A stretch of DNA of 64,000 bases from the IMG/VR virus record IMGVR_UViG_3300032323_001868, positions 1 to 64,000 of that record; one strand, 5' to 3'. This document shows positions 9,266-19,830 of this stretch, one piece after another; position 1 is the stretch's first letter, and each line of letters opens with the position of its first letter. The notes under the pieces are model-generated. The model had not been told where the DNA came from. It saw nothing but the letters and a program-made list of their open reading frames with translations, and made no database searches. Source of the DNA: a virus. The position numbers were made by a program, and so were the translations under genes.

Positions 9266-10312
9266 ATGCCATATAAGGTAGGATCAAAGGGTTCATATGG
9301 TTGTTCTGGCTACCCTGCAGTTAAAGAGGGTGGAGAAGTTATGGGATGCCACAAGACAAGAGCAGAAGCAGCAGCACAAATTTATGCAATAAATCGTAGT
9401 GAGGGTAACATTGGCAAATCTATGCCAAACCTTAAAGAGGGCGATTTTGCTATGACTGCACATGGTGGAGATGAAGAATTTCATATTGGTCAAGTAGTTC
9501 ATGTAATGCGTGAAGGAATGCTTGGCGTTCCAGGTGGCGAATATACACTTGAAGCAACTCCAGATAATCCTGCGGTACTAATTCAGTTATTTGAACAAGA
9601 AGATAGTGGCTTATGGGAAGCAACAAGAACATATTCAGCATGTATGATGAGTTTATTTATTGCAATTGATCCTCTACCAGTTGAACCAGAACTAACAATT
9701 GAAGATATGCCTAATATGAATGCACAACCAGATCTTATGGATGCATATGATAACTCAATTGGAAAGACAGAATGTTGTCCTGATGAAATTTCTAAGCAAG
9801 CACCTTGCTGGGATGGATATGTGCAGCGTGGTATGAAGCCAGGAGATGGTGGAAGAATGGTTCCTAACTGTGTACCTGCAGCAAAAGCAGATGACCTTTG
9901 GGAAGATGATGATACAGTAGTTTATGAAACAGACTCTGTTGAAAAGGCAGAAGGGTACTCACCACCTGCGGGAGCAAGATCTGCAGCAAGAAAAGCAATT
10001 AAATTTAAAGAAGATGGTAAGGCTAAGGGTGCAGGCACAGCAGTAGGTTGGACTCGTGCTGGACAACTTGCAAGAGGAGAAACACTATCTCTTAGTACTG
10101 TTAAAAGAATGTACTCATACTTCTCAAGACATGAAGTTGACAAGAAGGGTAAGAACTGGGCAAACCAGTCTGATCCATCAAATGGTTACATCATGTGGCT
10201 TGCATGGGGTGGAGATGCTGGATTCTCTTGGTCACGAGGCATTGTAGAGCGTGAAAAGAAGAAAGCAGATTCTACTTGGGTAGGAAGCGCATTTAGTTTT
10301 AGAAAGCCATAG
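9266..10312 (+). CDS. multi-domain hypothetical phage protein
   Basis: AAGGAGG RBS; CWDGY..MVPNCVP and RAGQLARGE..SYFSRH..WGGDAG blocks. Confidence 0.75.
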   Translation: MPYKVGSKGSYGCSGYPAVKEGGEVMGCHKTRAEAAAQIYAINRSEGNIGKSMPNLKEGDFAMTAHGGDEEFHIGQVVHVMREGMLGVPGGEYTLEATPDNPAVLIQLFEQEDSGLWEATRTYSACMMSLFIAIDPLPVEPELTIEDMPNMNAQPDLMDAYDNSIGKTECCPDEISKQAPCWDGYVQRGMKPGDGGRMVPNCVPAAKADDLWEDDDTVVYETDSVEKAEGYSPPAGARSAARKAIKFKEDGKAKGAGTAVGWTRAGQLARGETLSLSTVKRMYSYFSRHEVDKKGKNWANQSDPSNGYIMWLAWGGDAGFSWSRGIVEREKKKADSTWVGSAFSFRKP

Positions 10313-10313
10313 C

Positions 10314-10736
10314 ATGATATATTTGCTGGCAATACCTTTGACATTGCTTGTTTTTTGGTCTATAATTGTTATAGTAAAGAAAATAAATAAAAGAAACAAT
10401 TCCTATGTAATATATCGTCAAAGCGATATGCATAATATGTTAAAGTATTTTTTTTCTTTGGGTGTAGAAAATCAAGAAAAACCTTCTTCTCAGTTGACAA
10501 AGCGACTAGAAAAGGATATGATTAGTGTAGTTGTTTATGGAAACCAGGCATACTGGGTTTCAGATAACACATTCTATGTTGCAGATGCTTTCAACGGTGA
10601 AGTAAATACTGAAACCGCAAAGCCAGTAAATGTAGAGTCTATGTCTAAGTTAGAAGTTGAAAAAATGCTATCCATACTGGATAGTTTAAAGAATGGAAAA
10701 GTAAAAAATGATCGTAGCAGTACAGGGAACGAATGA
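10314..10736 (+). CDS. hypothetical protein with N-terminal TM
   Basis: ORF track, operon position. Confidence 0.6.
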   Translation: MIYLLAIPLTLLVFWSIIVIVKKINKRNNSYVIYRQSDMHNMLKYFFSLGVENQEKPSSQLTKRLEKDMISVVVYGNQAYWVSDNTFYVADAFNGEVNTETAKPVNVESMSKLEVEKMLSILDSLKNGKVKNDRSSTGNE

Positions 10737-11058
10737 TTTTGATGATTACAACATCTTCATTCGTGCAATGGGTGTGGCACTATCTGGCATGCCTGAAGAA
10801 GATAAAGAGTTCGTAATCTATTCTGCTGGTCCTGCTCGTATTAATTCTTTTGTTTCAGAGTTCTCAAATTTATCTGAGCGTGGAATGAAAGCAAGGGGTC
10901 GTAAGATAAAGTTTTACAAGGTTGCAAACAATTGGCTTGAAGAAAATATAAATCAAGTTAACTACTTTGCATTTTTAAGTAGACCAAAACAACCTAATTC
11001 AAAGTTAGTTGATATTGCTGAAAAGAATAATATTGAAGTCGGTCTTTTTCGTTACTAA
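10708..11058 (+). CDS. hypothetical protein (SLOG/YspA-like fold possible)
   Basis: MIVAVQGTNDFDDY start resembles SLOG proteins. Confidence 0.45.
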   Translation: MIVAVQGTNDFDDYNIFIRAMGVALSGMPEEDKEFVIYSAGPARINSFVSEFSNLSERGMKARGRKIKFYKVANNWLEENINQVNYFAFLSRPKQPNSKLVDIAEKNNIEVGLFRY

Positions 11059-11070
11059 GTGGGGGATAAA

Positions 11071-11280
11071 ATGATTATAGATAGTTTAGAAACAATGGAA
11101 AAAATTGTTGCATCAAATAGATCTTTAGCCTGGATTGGCTGGGATGTTGCAGAAAGAAAGAAAACCGATATGGGCAGAACTGCTGTCAACGGTATTAGAG
11201 TCAATGGTCAATGGTACACACAACGAGTATTCAAACTTGATCGAAACGGCTGGGATATTCCAAACAGATATAAAGGATAA
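11071..11280 (+). CDS. hypothetical protein
   Basis: GGGGA RBS, operon position. Confidence 0.6.
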   Translation: MIIDSLETMEKIVASNRSLAWIGWDVAERKKTDMGRTAVNGIRVNGQWYTQRVFKLDRNGWDIPNRYKG

Positions 11281-11282
11281 AC

Positions 11283-11564
11283 ATGAAACAGCACATATGG
11301 AAAGATAGTGCTTCATGTTTAGGTCTTGAAACTAACATCTTTTTTGATAAGTATGAAGATGATCCAACATTGCGTCTAGCAATAGATTCAATTTGTAGTT
11401 CATGTCCAGTTGCAAAGCAATGTTTTGCGGTAGGAGTTTCTGGAAAAGAGTGGGGTGTCTGGGGCGGTGTTTATATTGAGGCTGGCGAAATATCTAGAGA
11501 GTTTAATAATCACAAAAGTAAAAACGATTGGGCACAAACATGGAAAACATTGACAATGGATTAA
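11283..11564 (+). CDS. whiB: WhiB-family Fe-S transcription factor
   Basis: four Cys (C..ICSSCPVAKQC) and EWGVWGG. Confidence 0.9.
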   Translation: MKQHIWKDSASCLGLETNIFFDKYEDDPTLRLAIDSICSSCPVAKQCFAVGVSGKEWGVWGGVYIEAGEISREFNNHKSKNDWAQTWKTLTMD

Positions 11565-11724
11565 GAGAAATAAAACTATTTGATACTTTGGATGTGCCAG
11601 TTGTTCTGACTGTTAAAACAAAGGCTCCTGAAAAATGGCTTTTGATTGATAGAGAGACTGGGCAAATATTTCAGGGTAGTCATAGGGGGCACTGGGACAG
11701 ACTAGACCCAGTGATAAAAGACTA

Positions 11725-11955
11725 ATGTATACAGATGCTATGCGTAGAGCGTTTCATTCTATACAGGCTCCAGAAGGTTTTTCTGTTGATATTATTGACA
11801 ACGACTCATTTCTTACTGTAAAATTAGATGAAAAGGTTTTTATGTGGATGAGTCATGATGAAAAGGTTCAGGCCTTACAGTATGTGGTTAATCTAAAGAA
11901 TGCCTTAGAGATGGAAGGTGCGATTGTGCTGGTTACTAGGGAGGCTATAAAATGA
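11725..11955 (+). CDS. hypothetical protein
   Basis: ORF track, translational coupling. Confidence 0.6.
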   Translation: MYTDAMRRAFHSIQAPEGFSVDIIDNDSFLTVKLDEKVFMWMSHDEKVQALQYVVNLKNALEMEGAIVLVTREAIK

Positions 11956-12374
11956 TTACAAATGTAATAATTGCATGTCTTTCTTTAATATCAGTTCTTT
12001 CATTTTTTGCATATTACTTGTCTCTTAAAAAATTATCCAAGTTAACAGAACATTGTGCAAAATTGTTTATTGATAATATGACTTTACAAAAATTTGTTGA
12101 TGACGAGTTATTTAAAAATACAACAGATCAAGAAGTTCACAAAGAAAACTTTATTAAGTTTTTATCTGATTCTAGAGATTGGGCATTCACATACATAGAA
12201 GATGTTCAGTCTGGACTTTCTGAATTTATTGAAGATATAAAACCAGAAATAGAATATTTTAAAGAGTATGGCGACACAGTTTCTATGCAACCAAACTATT
12301 ACTCAATGAAAAAAATCACAGAAGCATATGATAAGTTAGTTAAACTACTGCCAGAAGAAGAAAGCAAGCAGTAA
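11952..12374 (+). CDS. hypothetical protein with N-terminal TM
   Basis: ORF track, coupling. Confidence 0.6.
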   Translation: MITNVIIACLSLISVLSFFAYYLSLKKLSKLTEHCAKLFIDNMTLQKFVDDELFKNTTDQEVHKENFIKFLSDSRDWAFTYIEDVQSGLSEFIEDIKPEIEYFKEYGDTVSMQPNYYSMKKITEAYDKLVKLLPEEESKQ

Positions 12375-12428
12375 AATAACATATGGCTATATGCTATACT
12401 AATACAAAGACAATCCTAGGAGGGAAAT

Positions 12429-12728
12429 ATGTCACATCATAACGAAAAGCAAGCACAACTTAAGGCACTACTGGCTTCATATGGTCGTTCAGTACTTGCA
12501 TCAGGGCTAGCGCTATACATGGCGGGAGTTACAGATCCAAAGGATCTATGGACAGCACTAGTTGCTGCAATTGCTCCAGTAGCCATTAGAGCAATCAATC
12601 CTAATGACAAGGCATTTGGTGTACTTCCAGATGCTGCAACAGTTGATAAGGCTCTGAAGACTGCTAAGGCACCTGCTAAGAAGGCTGCTAAGAAGGTCGC
12701 TAAGAAGGCTGCTCCAAAGAAGAAGTAG
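12429..12728 (+). CDS. holin-like membrane protein with Lys/Ala-rich (PAKKA) tail
   Basis: two TM helices, NPND..FG, AKKAAKK tail. Confidence 0.55.
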   Translation: MSHHNEKQAQLKALLASYGRSVLASGLALYMAGVTDPKDLWTALVAAIAPVAIRAINPNDKAFGVLPDAATVDKALKTAKAPAKKAAKKVAKKAAPKKK

Positions 12729-12741
12729 TTACAAATAGATT

Positions 12742-12772
12742 GGCCAGTCTAGAGATAGGCTGGCCTTTCTTT
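12742..12772 (+). terminator. intrinsic terminator
   Basis: GGCCAGTCTA-GAGA-TAGGCTGGCC followed by TTTCTTT. Confidence 0.8.
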
Positions 12773-12792
12773 GTAATGGTATACTGTTAAAT

Positions 12793-13515
12793 ATGAACAG
12801 TTTGTTATACGAATTTAAAATTAAAGAAAAGTCTAAAATGGCTTTAATTATGTGTACTTATATTAGACTTGAAAATCTTCCAAGAACATATGACGCTTTA
12901 TCAGAACAAACAAATAATAATTTTGATTTTTATATTTGTGATAATTCTAACAATGATCCACACCTATTAAATACATCGAAGAAAAAATCAAAGTTTTTTA
13001 AAAATAATGTTTTTATCAAAGAATATAACAATAAATATAGTATATTTTCAAGATTCTTTTTGGCAAAAGAACTTGCAAAAGAAGGTTACGAAATAATAGT
13101 TTTTATAGATGATGATCAAATTATTGATAAAAACTTTATTGAAAATTGTTATAAACAATATGAGCCAGATACAATCAAATCTTTTTATGCACACTATATA
13201 TCTGGAGATTACTGGAAAAAAGATTTTTGTGGTCCAAATGATGAGGTAAATTATGTTGGTGGTGGTGGACTTATGTGTAATGCTAATTTATTTTTAGATG
13301 AAAAGTTTTTTTCTTGCCCAGAAGAGTACTGGATACTAGATGATTTATGGGTTTCATATTATATTCCTAACTTTACAAACTATAAAATGAAAAAATTAAA
13401 TGTTTACATTAAATTTATTGTTGATAATAAAGCAACAGCAAAAAACTTAAAAGAAATAAAAAGAAAATTTTCTAATGAATATATTTTAAATGGTGGTAAA
13501 CAAATTGCAAATTGA
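12793..13515 (+). CDS. glycosyltransferase, GT2-like
   Basis: IMCTY.R, ICDNS, FIDDD, DDLW. Confidence 0.75.
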   Translation: MNSLLYEFKIKEKSKMALIMCTYIRLENLPRTYDALSEQTNNNFDFYICDNSNNDPHLLNTSKKKSKFFKNNVFIKEYNNKYSIFSRFFLAKELAKEGYEIIVFIDDDQIIDKNFIENCYKQYEPDTIKSFYAHYISGDYWKKDFCGPNDEVNYVGGGGLMCNANLFLDEKFFSCPEEYWILDDLWVSYYIPNFTNYKMKKLNVYIKFIVDNKATAKNLKEIKRKFSNEYILNGGKQIAN

Positions 13516-14113
13516 TCTAAGAGAAATAGACACATACTATATCAATATTAAAAAAGATATTAAAAGAGATAAGTCTATGAAAAATTTAATTGAGGACTTT
13601 GGTTTTCAAAATGCTCAAAGGTCCAATGCTGTAAATAAACCAGGTGATCCACTTTCTGGTTGTGCAACTTCTCATTATAATATATTATCTAATCTTAAAG
13701 ATAAGGCTATTATTCTTGAAGATGATTGCGTTATAAAAAATAAAAAACCTATAATTGAAGTTCCAGATGATGCCGATGCAGTTTATTTAGGTTTATCTGA
13801 ATGGGGTTTTAATCGTGATACTTCTAAGAGAGAAAACTTTACATTTTCAAAACACAAAGATTTTGAAGGAATATATAGGGTAAGTGGAATGCTTGCTACC
13901 CATGCAATTTTATACATAACAGATGAATACATAAATACATGTAAAATTGTTTCTAAATATTCTTCTGAAAACAGTGTACATGTTGATCAAAGTTTTGCTA
14001 GAATCCAAAGATATTTTAATATTTATGCTTTGGCTAATCCAATATTTTATCAAAGCAGCAATCAGAGTGCAACTAATATTATATTAAAAAGAGATAGAAT
14101 TTTTGGGGGATAG
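13490..14113 (+). CDS. glycosyltransferase, GT25-like
   Basis: YYIN..R, GC..SH, ILEDD. Confidence 0.7.
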   Translation: MVVNKLQIDLREIDTYYINIKKDIKRDKSMKNLIEDFGFQNAQRSNAVNKPGDPLSGCATSHYNILSNLKDKAIILEDDCVIKNKKPIIEVPDDADAVYLGLSEWGFNRDTSKRENFTFSKHKDFEGIYRVSGMLATHAILYITDEYINTCKIVSKYSSENSVHVDQSFARIQRYFNIYALANPIFYQSSNQSATNIILKRDRIFGG

Positions 14114-14114
14114 C

Positions 14115-14828
14115 ATGGCTAAGTTTGGATCTTTGTGGGTAGGAAATCCCATGACAAAAATACAAGAAGTATCTTTATCCTCTTTTATATATCATGGACA
14201 CGACCTTACTCTTTATGTCTATGACATGGATATGAAGGTCCCAGAAGGCGTTCAGAAGGCTTTTGCGGGGGACATAATGGACGAGTCAGAGATGTTCTTG
14301 GTACAAGAAACATACGCAGCCTTTTCTGACCTATTTAGATACAGAATGATTAAGAAGACTGGTTTAACATGGGTAGATGCTGACACTATATGTCTATCCC
14401 CTGATTGGGATGGGCTTGGAAACACCTATGCTTGCCTGGAAAATGATACAGTGGTTGGTGGTGTTCTTGCTTTACCGCAAGATTCTCCAGCATTAAATTA
14501 TTTAATTAAGAAATCAACTCAGTTTGATAAAACAAAGATTAAGTGGACTGATGTTGGCCCAGCCCTTGTAGATAAAGCATTTAGATCTTTTGAATTGATG
14601 GAACATGTTCAGCCAATGGAAGTTTTTTGTGGAGTTCACTGGTCACAATGGGAAAAACTGTGGAACCCAAAATATATAAAAGAAATTAAACTATTAGAAA
14701 AAAAATCAAAGAGTGTTTCTGTTTATCATTCAATGACAACTCGTGGAGGAATAGACAAAAATTATTTTCCACCAAAGTCTGCAATGGAATATTTTTATGA
14801 TAAGTTCGTAATGAAAAAGTGGGGATAA
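14115..14828 (+). CDS. glycosyltransferase, GT32/DXD type
   Basis: SLWVG, FSDLFRY, WVDAD, GP. Confidence 0.75.
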   Translation: MAKFGSLWVGNPMTKIQEVSLSSFIYHGHDLTLYVYDMDMKVPEGVQKAFAGDIMDESEMFLVQETYAAFSDLFRYRMIKKTGLTWVDADTICLSPDWDGLGNTYACLENDTVVGGVLALPQDSPALNYLIKKSTQFDKTKIKWTDVGPALVDKAFRSFELMEHVQPMEVFCGVHWSQWEKLWNPKYIKEIKLLEKKSKSVSVYHSMTTRGGIDKNYFPPKSAMEYFYDKFVMKKWG

Positions 14829-14829
14829 T

Positions 14830-15477
14830 ATGAATAAGATAAGTATTGAATATGACAAGGGGGCAAACTTCCTTTCATCATTAATGAAGAATTATGGAAG
14901 CGACAAGGGTTCTCCTCATGAGGTAGATGTAACACCTTCTGGCTGGATAGCAAATAGATACACAGACATTTATCACATACTATTTGCAACAATTCGTGAT
15001 GATGCCAAGAAGATATTTGAATGTGGCATAGGTACAAATAATGAAGATGTAAAATCAAATATGACTGTTAATGGCATACCAGGTGCATCTCTTAGGGGTT
15101 GGAGAGACTACTTCTGGAATGCTCAGATTTACGGTGCAGACATAGATGAAAGAATTCTTTTTGAAGAAGATAGAATTAAAACATATCAAGTTGATCAGAC
15201 TGATCCAGAGTCTATTAAAAATATGTGGGAGCAGATAGGCGAATCAAACTTTGATGTTATGTTAGACGATGGTTTGCATGAAGCACATGCAAATATCACC
15301 CTGTTAGAAAATTCGTGGGATAAGTTAAAGCATAATGGCATATATATCATTGAAGACACATACTATACATATGAACCAATAAAGAAATATCTAAAGGAAA
15401 AAGGATACAACTTTATCTTGGTTACATTTGATAACACTGCTAGTTATTGTTTTGTTATATTTAAAACTACAGTGTAG
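14830..15477 (+). CDS. SAM-dependent methyltransferase-like
   Basis: FECGIG, GASLRGW, GADID, LDDGLH, YIIED. Confidence 0.7.
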   Translation: MNKISIEYDKGANFLSSLMKNYGSDKGSPHEVDVTPSGWIANRYTDIYHILFATIRDDAKKIFECGIGTNNEDVKSNMTVNGIPGASLRGWRDYFWNAQIYGADIDERILFEEDRIKTYQVDQTDPESIKNMWEQIGESNFDVMLDDGLHEAHANITLLENSWDKLKHNGIYIIEDTYYTYEPIKKYLKEKGYNFILVTFDNTASYCFVIFKTTV

Positions 15478-15667
15478 TAGTGCATGTACTAAAATTCCTT
15501 GTCATTATGAATCTTTTAATACAATTACATATCCATTTAATTCAAGATCTAAAATAATCTTATCAACAATAACAGAGTAGTTGATATCCATAATAAAATG
15601 TTTTTCAATTTTATGCATATTGATTGCAGTAGGACCAGACTCTTGTAAGGATTTAGAAATTATTTCT

Positions 15668-16063
15668 TTAACTGACATAATCTATGTATCTAACTTCGTC
15701 AATTATTTTATTTTTTAATGCAGTGTTAATCATTTTTTCTGAATACGATCCTGGCTCTGGTCGTGCAGAAAAATAAACTACATATCGTAATGTATTAGAT
15801 AATTTGATTAAAGAGCCATTGGCAATAGCCTTCTTTACATTATCTGTTCTTTTGGCTCCAGGTCTTTTGTTTTCCCCATCCCTGCCACCTTTGCACTCTA
15901 CATATTCAAATATATCTCCATGTGCTCTAAAATCAACTTCACAGCCTATATTTTTAAAAACATAATTCTTTTCTATATTAGTAAAGCCACGACTTATCAA
16001 GTCTTTGTAGACTATATCTTCAAATTCATCGCCACTCTTCTTAGATTCAGACTGAAAATTCAC
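15668..16063 (-). CDS. PD-(D/E)XK nuclease-like protein
   Basis: G.EFE..V, EVDF, VECKG. Confidence 0.7.
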   Translation of the reverse strand: MNFQSESKKSGDEFEDIVYKDLISRGFTNIEKNYVFKNIGCEVDFRAHGDIFEYVECKGGRDGENKRPGAKRTDNVKKAIANGSLIKLSNTLRYVVYFSARPEPGSYSEKMINTALKNKIIDEVRYIDYVS

Positions 16064-16162
16064 TTATTGTTCAACCTTATATGTCATAGCAATATAGCAT
16101 GCAATATATCCCATAATAAATGCTGGTATTAAAAAAAGTACATGTATCATCTCTGTACCCCC

Positions 16163-16423
16163 TTACTCAAAACTAGTTTGTGTAGCATAGAATTCATCCA
16201 TCTTCTTCTTTTTTTCATCTTTATTCCAATGAAGAAAAGACTTAACATAAACTATACCATATGCAATAGCAGCAAATATAAATCCATATTGATTAGTTGC
16301 AAGGGCATAAGCAATCCAAAGACATTCATTAACACAAAGAACTAGCCATCCCCATATAGTTTTACGACCTACAAGGAATATGCCTGCAACACCAATGGCT
16401 GCCAATATCCAAGACCACCACAT
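16163..16423 (-). CDS. PnuC-like small membrane protein
   Basis: three TM segments, GW..LWI.YA..QYGF. Confidence 0.55.
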   Translation of the reverse strand: MWWSWILAAIGVAGIFLVGRKTIWGWLVLCVNECLWIAYALATNQYGFIFAAIAYGIVYVKSFLHWNKDEKKKKMDEFYATQTSFE

Positions 16424-16722
16424 TTTTACACACCTGCAATCACTGCTAATAAAAATCCAATAATCAAACCACTAAAGCCAAAAACAATGTGGTATGACTT
16501 TTGATAGTGATCGATAATTATTTCATGAATAATATCTTTAGGTATGTTTGTGTATTTATTGTTTCCATTATCAATCTTATACTGTTTCATTAGTCCACTA
16601 TCTCCATCGGTATCATTGCACTACATCTTTCACAATATTGATATGTTGCTCCAGTAAAAGGACATGATCCAGCAGGAACTAAACTATGATTAACTACCTT
16701 GCAAGCAATAATCTTTAGCATG

Positions 16723-16980
16723 CTAAGCATTTTCTATATCTCTTTTTATATTGTGATGCTCTAACTCATGCTTGCCCCATGCGATGGCTGCACAAATGTC
16801 AAAGGCTTTTTGAGTTCGGCGGGACTTGTTTAATCCACTAGACTTCCAAAGGTCAGAGGTAGCAAGAATGTCCATCGCAATGTCATTACGAATTTCTTTA
16901 ACTGTATAAACAATAAAGTTCCACACCTGAGCCTTTTGCTCATCAGTTAAATCTTTAGTCCAGTCTTCATTCATCTTCAT
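16723..16980 (-). CDS. hypothetical protein (one of several small minus-strand ORFs, 15.5-17.5 kb)
   Basis: AAAGGA RBS, ORF track. Confidence 0.55.
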   Translation of the reverse strand: MKMNEDWTKDLTDEQKAQVWNFIVYTVKEIRNDIAMDILATSDLWKSSGLNKSRRTQKAFDICAAIAWGKHELEHHNIKRDIENA

Positions 16981-17472
16981 CCTTTTTTACCTTGTCTTTT
17001 GGAACCCAAACCTTTTTACCATCTTTATAAACTGGCCAATAGTTAAGACTACGCCAGTCCATCTTCATAATTTTAGGTTCTTTATTCATACTAATATTGT
17101 ATTTTTAAAAATTCAATAATGTCGTTATAAATTCCCTGTACCCAACTATATTGAAGTGAGTCTGTTGTTTCTGACAGATTGTTTGCTTCAAGTACCTGAT
17201 CTCGCCTTTGTTCAATTAGTTGAATTAGTTGTTCCATATCTGATTGATCAATCATAATTACCCCATTCTTTTGTTAGTCTTGCTTCTAAAATTATACCCT
17301 ATTTGAGCCCATCATGTCAAATAAGTTCCCACTCAACATTATTTATGCTAAGCCAATCAAGATAGTTAATGATCATAAATCATCCATTATATAGTCAAAG
17401 ACCTTTTCAACTACCTTGTTAATTTCTTCTGGGTACTTAGATTCTAACTGACAAACCCTACAGTCACACATA

Positions 17473-18159
17473 TCAACACTCTTCTGAAGTGCTAAATGGT
17501 ATATTGTTTACATCATTAAATGAATTGCCATAAAGGGTGTGTCTCCATGATCCAGAAGTTATTTTGTTAACCTTATGCGTAAACTCTTTTGTTACTGGAA
17601 CACCAACCATCATTCCAGCCTTTGGCTTTAGTTTATATGGCTTGTACATAAAATCTAACTCTCCACCTTCAAAATCATCATTTAAATAAATACTAAAAGA
17701 TAGGCTGAAAGGTGGAATTGGAGATGTTTCATCCCACTCAGAATGCCAAGGCATTGCAAAATCAACCACATTTCCATTCATGTTGGACCTTAGTTTTGGA
17801 TCTAAATCTCTATCTATTTCTTCATCTGTGCAATATTTAAATGTTTGAATTGCCCCATGTGCTAGACAGGTCGGTGGCATAACATCCCTAATTCTGGATG
17901 CAACTCCATTTTGACCAAAGAAAAACTCTGGTTGAATATATTTGTCACCTTCAATTGGCAGTCTAGAATTACCATTTTCATCAAGTGGGATATCTACCAT
18001 AGGAAATTTATTTAAAATATTTTTATAAGGTGATCTCATTGTTGTATACCAGCCACGCTTATCATTTATATATGGTTTAAACCAGTCCAACTCTTCTTTT
18101 GTAAGAAAGTTTTCAATATACCATAGGTCTTTTTCAATTACTACTTTTTCAGTGTTCAT
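17473..18159 (-). CDS. 2OG-Fe(II) oxygenase (HxE variant)
   Basis: WHSE..IYLNDDFEGGEL..THKV....G.WR. Confidence 0.8.
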   Translation of the reverse strand: MNTEKVVIEKDLWYIENFLTKEELDWFKPYINDKRGWYTTMRSPYKNILNKFPMVDIPLDENGNSRLPIEGDKYIQPEFFFGQNGVASRIRDVMPPTCLAHGAIQTFKYCTDEEIDRDLDPKLRSNMNGNVVDFAMPWHSEWDETSPIPPFSLSFSIYLNDDFEGGELDFMYKPYKLKPKAGMMVGVPVTKEFTHKVNKITSGSWRHTLYGNSFNDVNNIPFSTSEEC

Positions 18160-18189
18160 AGTAACATTATATCACTTAAATTTTTATAT

Positions 18190-18723
18190 CTATCTAAAAA
18201 AATCAGTTATGCAATATCTATTTCCACTAGTAACAGGGTGCACTCCATGCTTATAGTCATTATAAGCAGGATGAACAATAATAGAATTTTCTACAGGCTT
18301 GAGAACTATATCTTTATTTATATAGTTTATCTCACCTCCATCAAAATTATCATTAATGTAAAAAACTAATCCCTTTTTAATATCTGATGTTTCTAAATTG
18401 CCAGAATTATCTGCGTGTGGATTCATTGCCCATTTAGTTGTGTTGTGATCAAATTGATTCGGTATAATTTTTATTATATTTTTTGATCTAGCAATCTTTA
18501 GTCCTGGCTCAACATAATTTTCTATGTAGTCATACAGGGTGTCAAGAATTAAACACAACTCTGTTATGTTTGCACTTTTTTGATATGAGTATGTATATTC
18601 ATTGCGTGAATAGTTGTGCCAATCGGATTCATCTGCTGCATATTCCTGCAAAGTTTTCAATTGATCTAATTTTAAAATATTTTGAATTTGATATATTTCT
18701 TTATCTATATAAACTTTTTCCAT
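18190..18723 (-). CDS. 2OG-Fe(II) oxygenase
   Basis: HAD..YINDNFDGGEI..HGV.PV.SGNRY. Confidence 0.85.
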   Translation of the reverse strand: MEKVYIDKEIYQIQNILKLDQLKTLQEYAADESDWHNYSRNEYTYSYQKSANITELCLILDTLYDYIENYVEPGLKIARSKNIIKIIPNQFDHNTTKWAMNPHADNSGNLETSDIKKGLVFYINDNFDGGEINYINKDIVLKPVENSIIVHPAYNDYKHGVHPVTSGNRYCITDFFR

Positions 18724-18735
18724 TTTATTATTGTA

Positions 18736-19230
18736 TCATAAACCAGAATTACTTTTTAATTTAAGATTATTTTCTACATGGGTAGGCCAATAATATAAAC
18801 ACTTATCACAGCAAGGTTTGGCGGTATATGAACTAAACTCAGCATATATAGTAGAATCTTTTCTATAAAGGTTAGCCTTATGACTATCTACCACACGGTT
18901 TAAATGCTCTGGCTTTTGCCAAATAGGTTTCATGCTACCCCACATACTACTAAACCTAGACTTTAGGTCTTTTAGGTTTGATACATTTTTGTCTGTTCTA
19001 ATGCCACGCCAGTTAGCCTCATAAACCATATGATCAATATAATCCATCAAATGTTCTTCAGAGTTCTTCCACATAAGTACAGCAGGATGATTACGCCAAG
19101 CACCAGACTCAGATGCACCAGATAAAATTTTAAGGATTTGATAGCCTTCTAGAATTTGTTTATTAAGGCGTTTATTGTCTAGGGTTTGGGCTGAGTATTC
19201 GTAATCTGCTGAAGGTAGAAAGGTTTGCAT
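18736..19230 (-). CDS. pyrimidine-dimer DNA glycosylase/endonuclease V family (MSMEG_6728-like)
   Basis: MQTFLP..LDNKRLNKQ..E..QI..WRNHPAV.MW. Confidence 0.8.
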   Translation of the reverse strand: MQTFLPSADYEYSAQTLDNKRLNKQILEGYQILKILSGASESGAWRNHPAVLMWKNSEEHLMDYIDHMVYEANWRGIRTDKNVSNLKDLKSRFSSMWGSMKPIWQKPEHLNRVVDSHKANLYRKDSTIYAEFSSYTAKPCCDKCLYYWPTHVENNLKLKSNSGL

Positions 19231-19542
19231 ATACCTATTATGGCAGATATTGCGGGGTAAGTCAAGACTTATTTACATACTTAGTATAACAACTAGCACA
19301 GTATATAGCCTTAGAGGTAGCCTGGCTTGCCTCTGGCTGACCACAAATAGAGCAGTTGATACCTGTCATGCAGATAGGCCCATAAGAAGGTGGTTCTTGC
19401 ATACTCCAGAAACAGTATATCTAGACTCACCCATAGTTACGACTTGATCGTATTCTGCTTGGTGGTCGCAAAAATAACATTCTTCTTTGGTTTGTGACAT
19501 ATAATGATTATATCATATTGAAAATAATTTTACTTTGTGATT

Positions 19543-19830
19543 TTAAGAAAATCTTGCATCCCAGGTTTCTTGCCAAGATGTTGTATTATAAAATCCAGCG
19601 TCTACTGAGTTTGCTTCTTGATTATATAATCCTGCATCCACATATATTGCAGGAGGCTCTATAAAATTATCATCATAAACAGTGATAATAGGAACACTAT
19701 GCTCAGCCAGGACTGTATCTATTCCCATAAACACTGTTAGTTTTGGTATTGATTGCCTTATTATATTTGTATCTAAACCTAAATTTATATTAAGTTTAGT
19801 GATCTTTTTATCAACCACTAAGGTTGGCAT
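19543..19830 (-). CDS. hypothetical, probable virion-associated
   Basis: C-terminal DAG.YNTTSW..WD shared with 58042..58494. Confidence 0.55.
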   Translation of the reverse strand: MPTLVVDKKITKLNINLGLDTNIIRQSIPKLTVFMGIDTVLAEHSVPIITVYDDNFIEPPAIYVDAGLYNQEANSVDAGFYNTTSWQETWDARFS

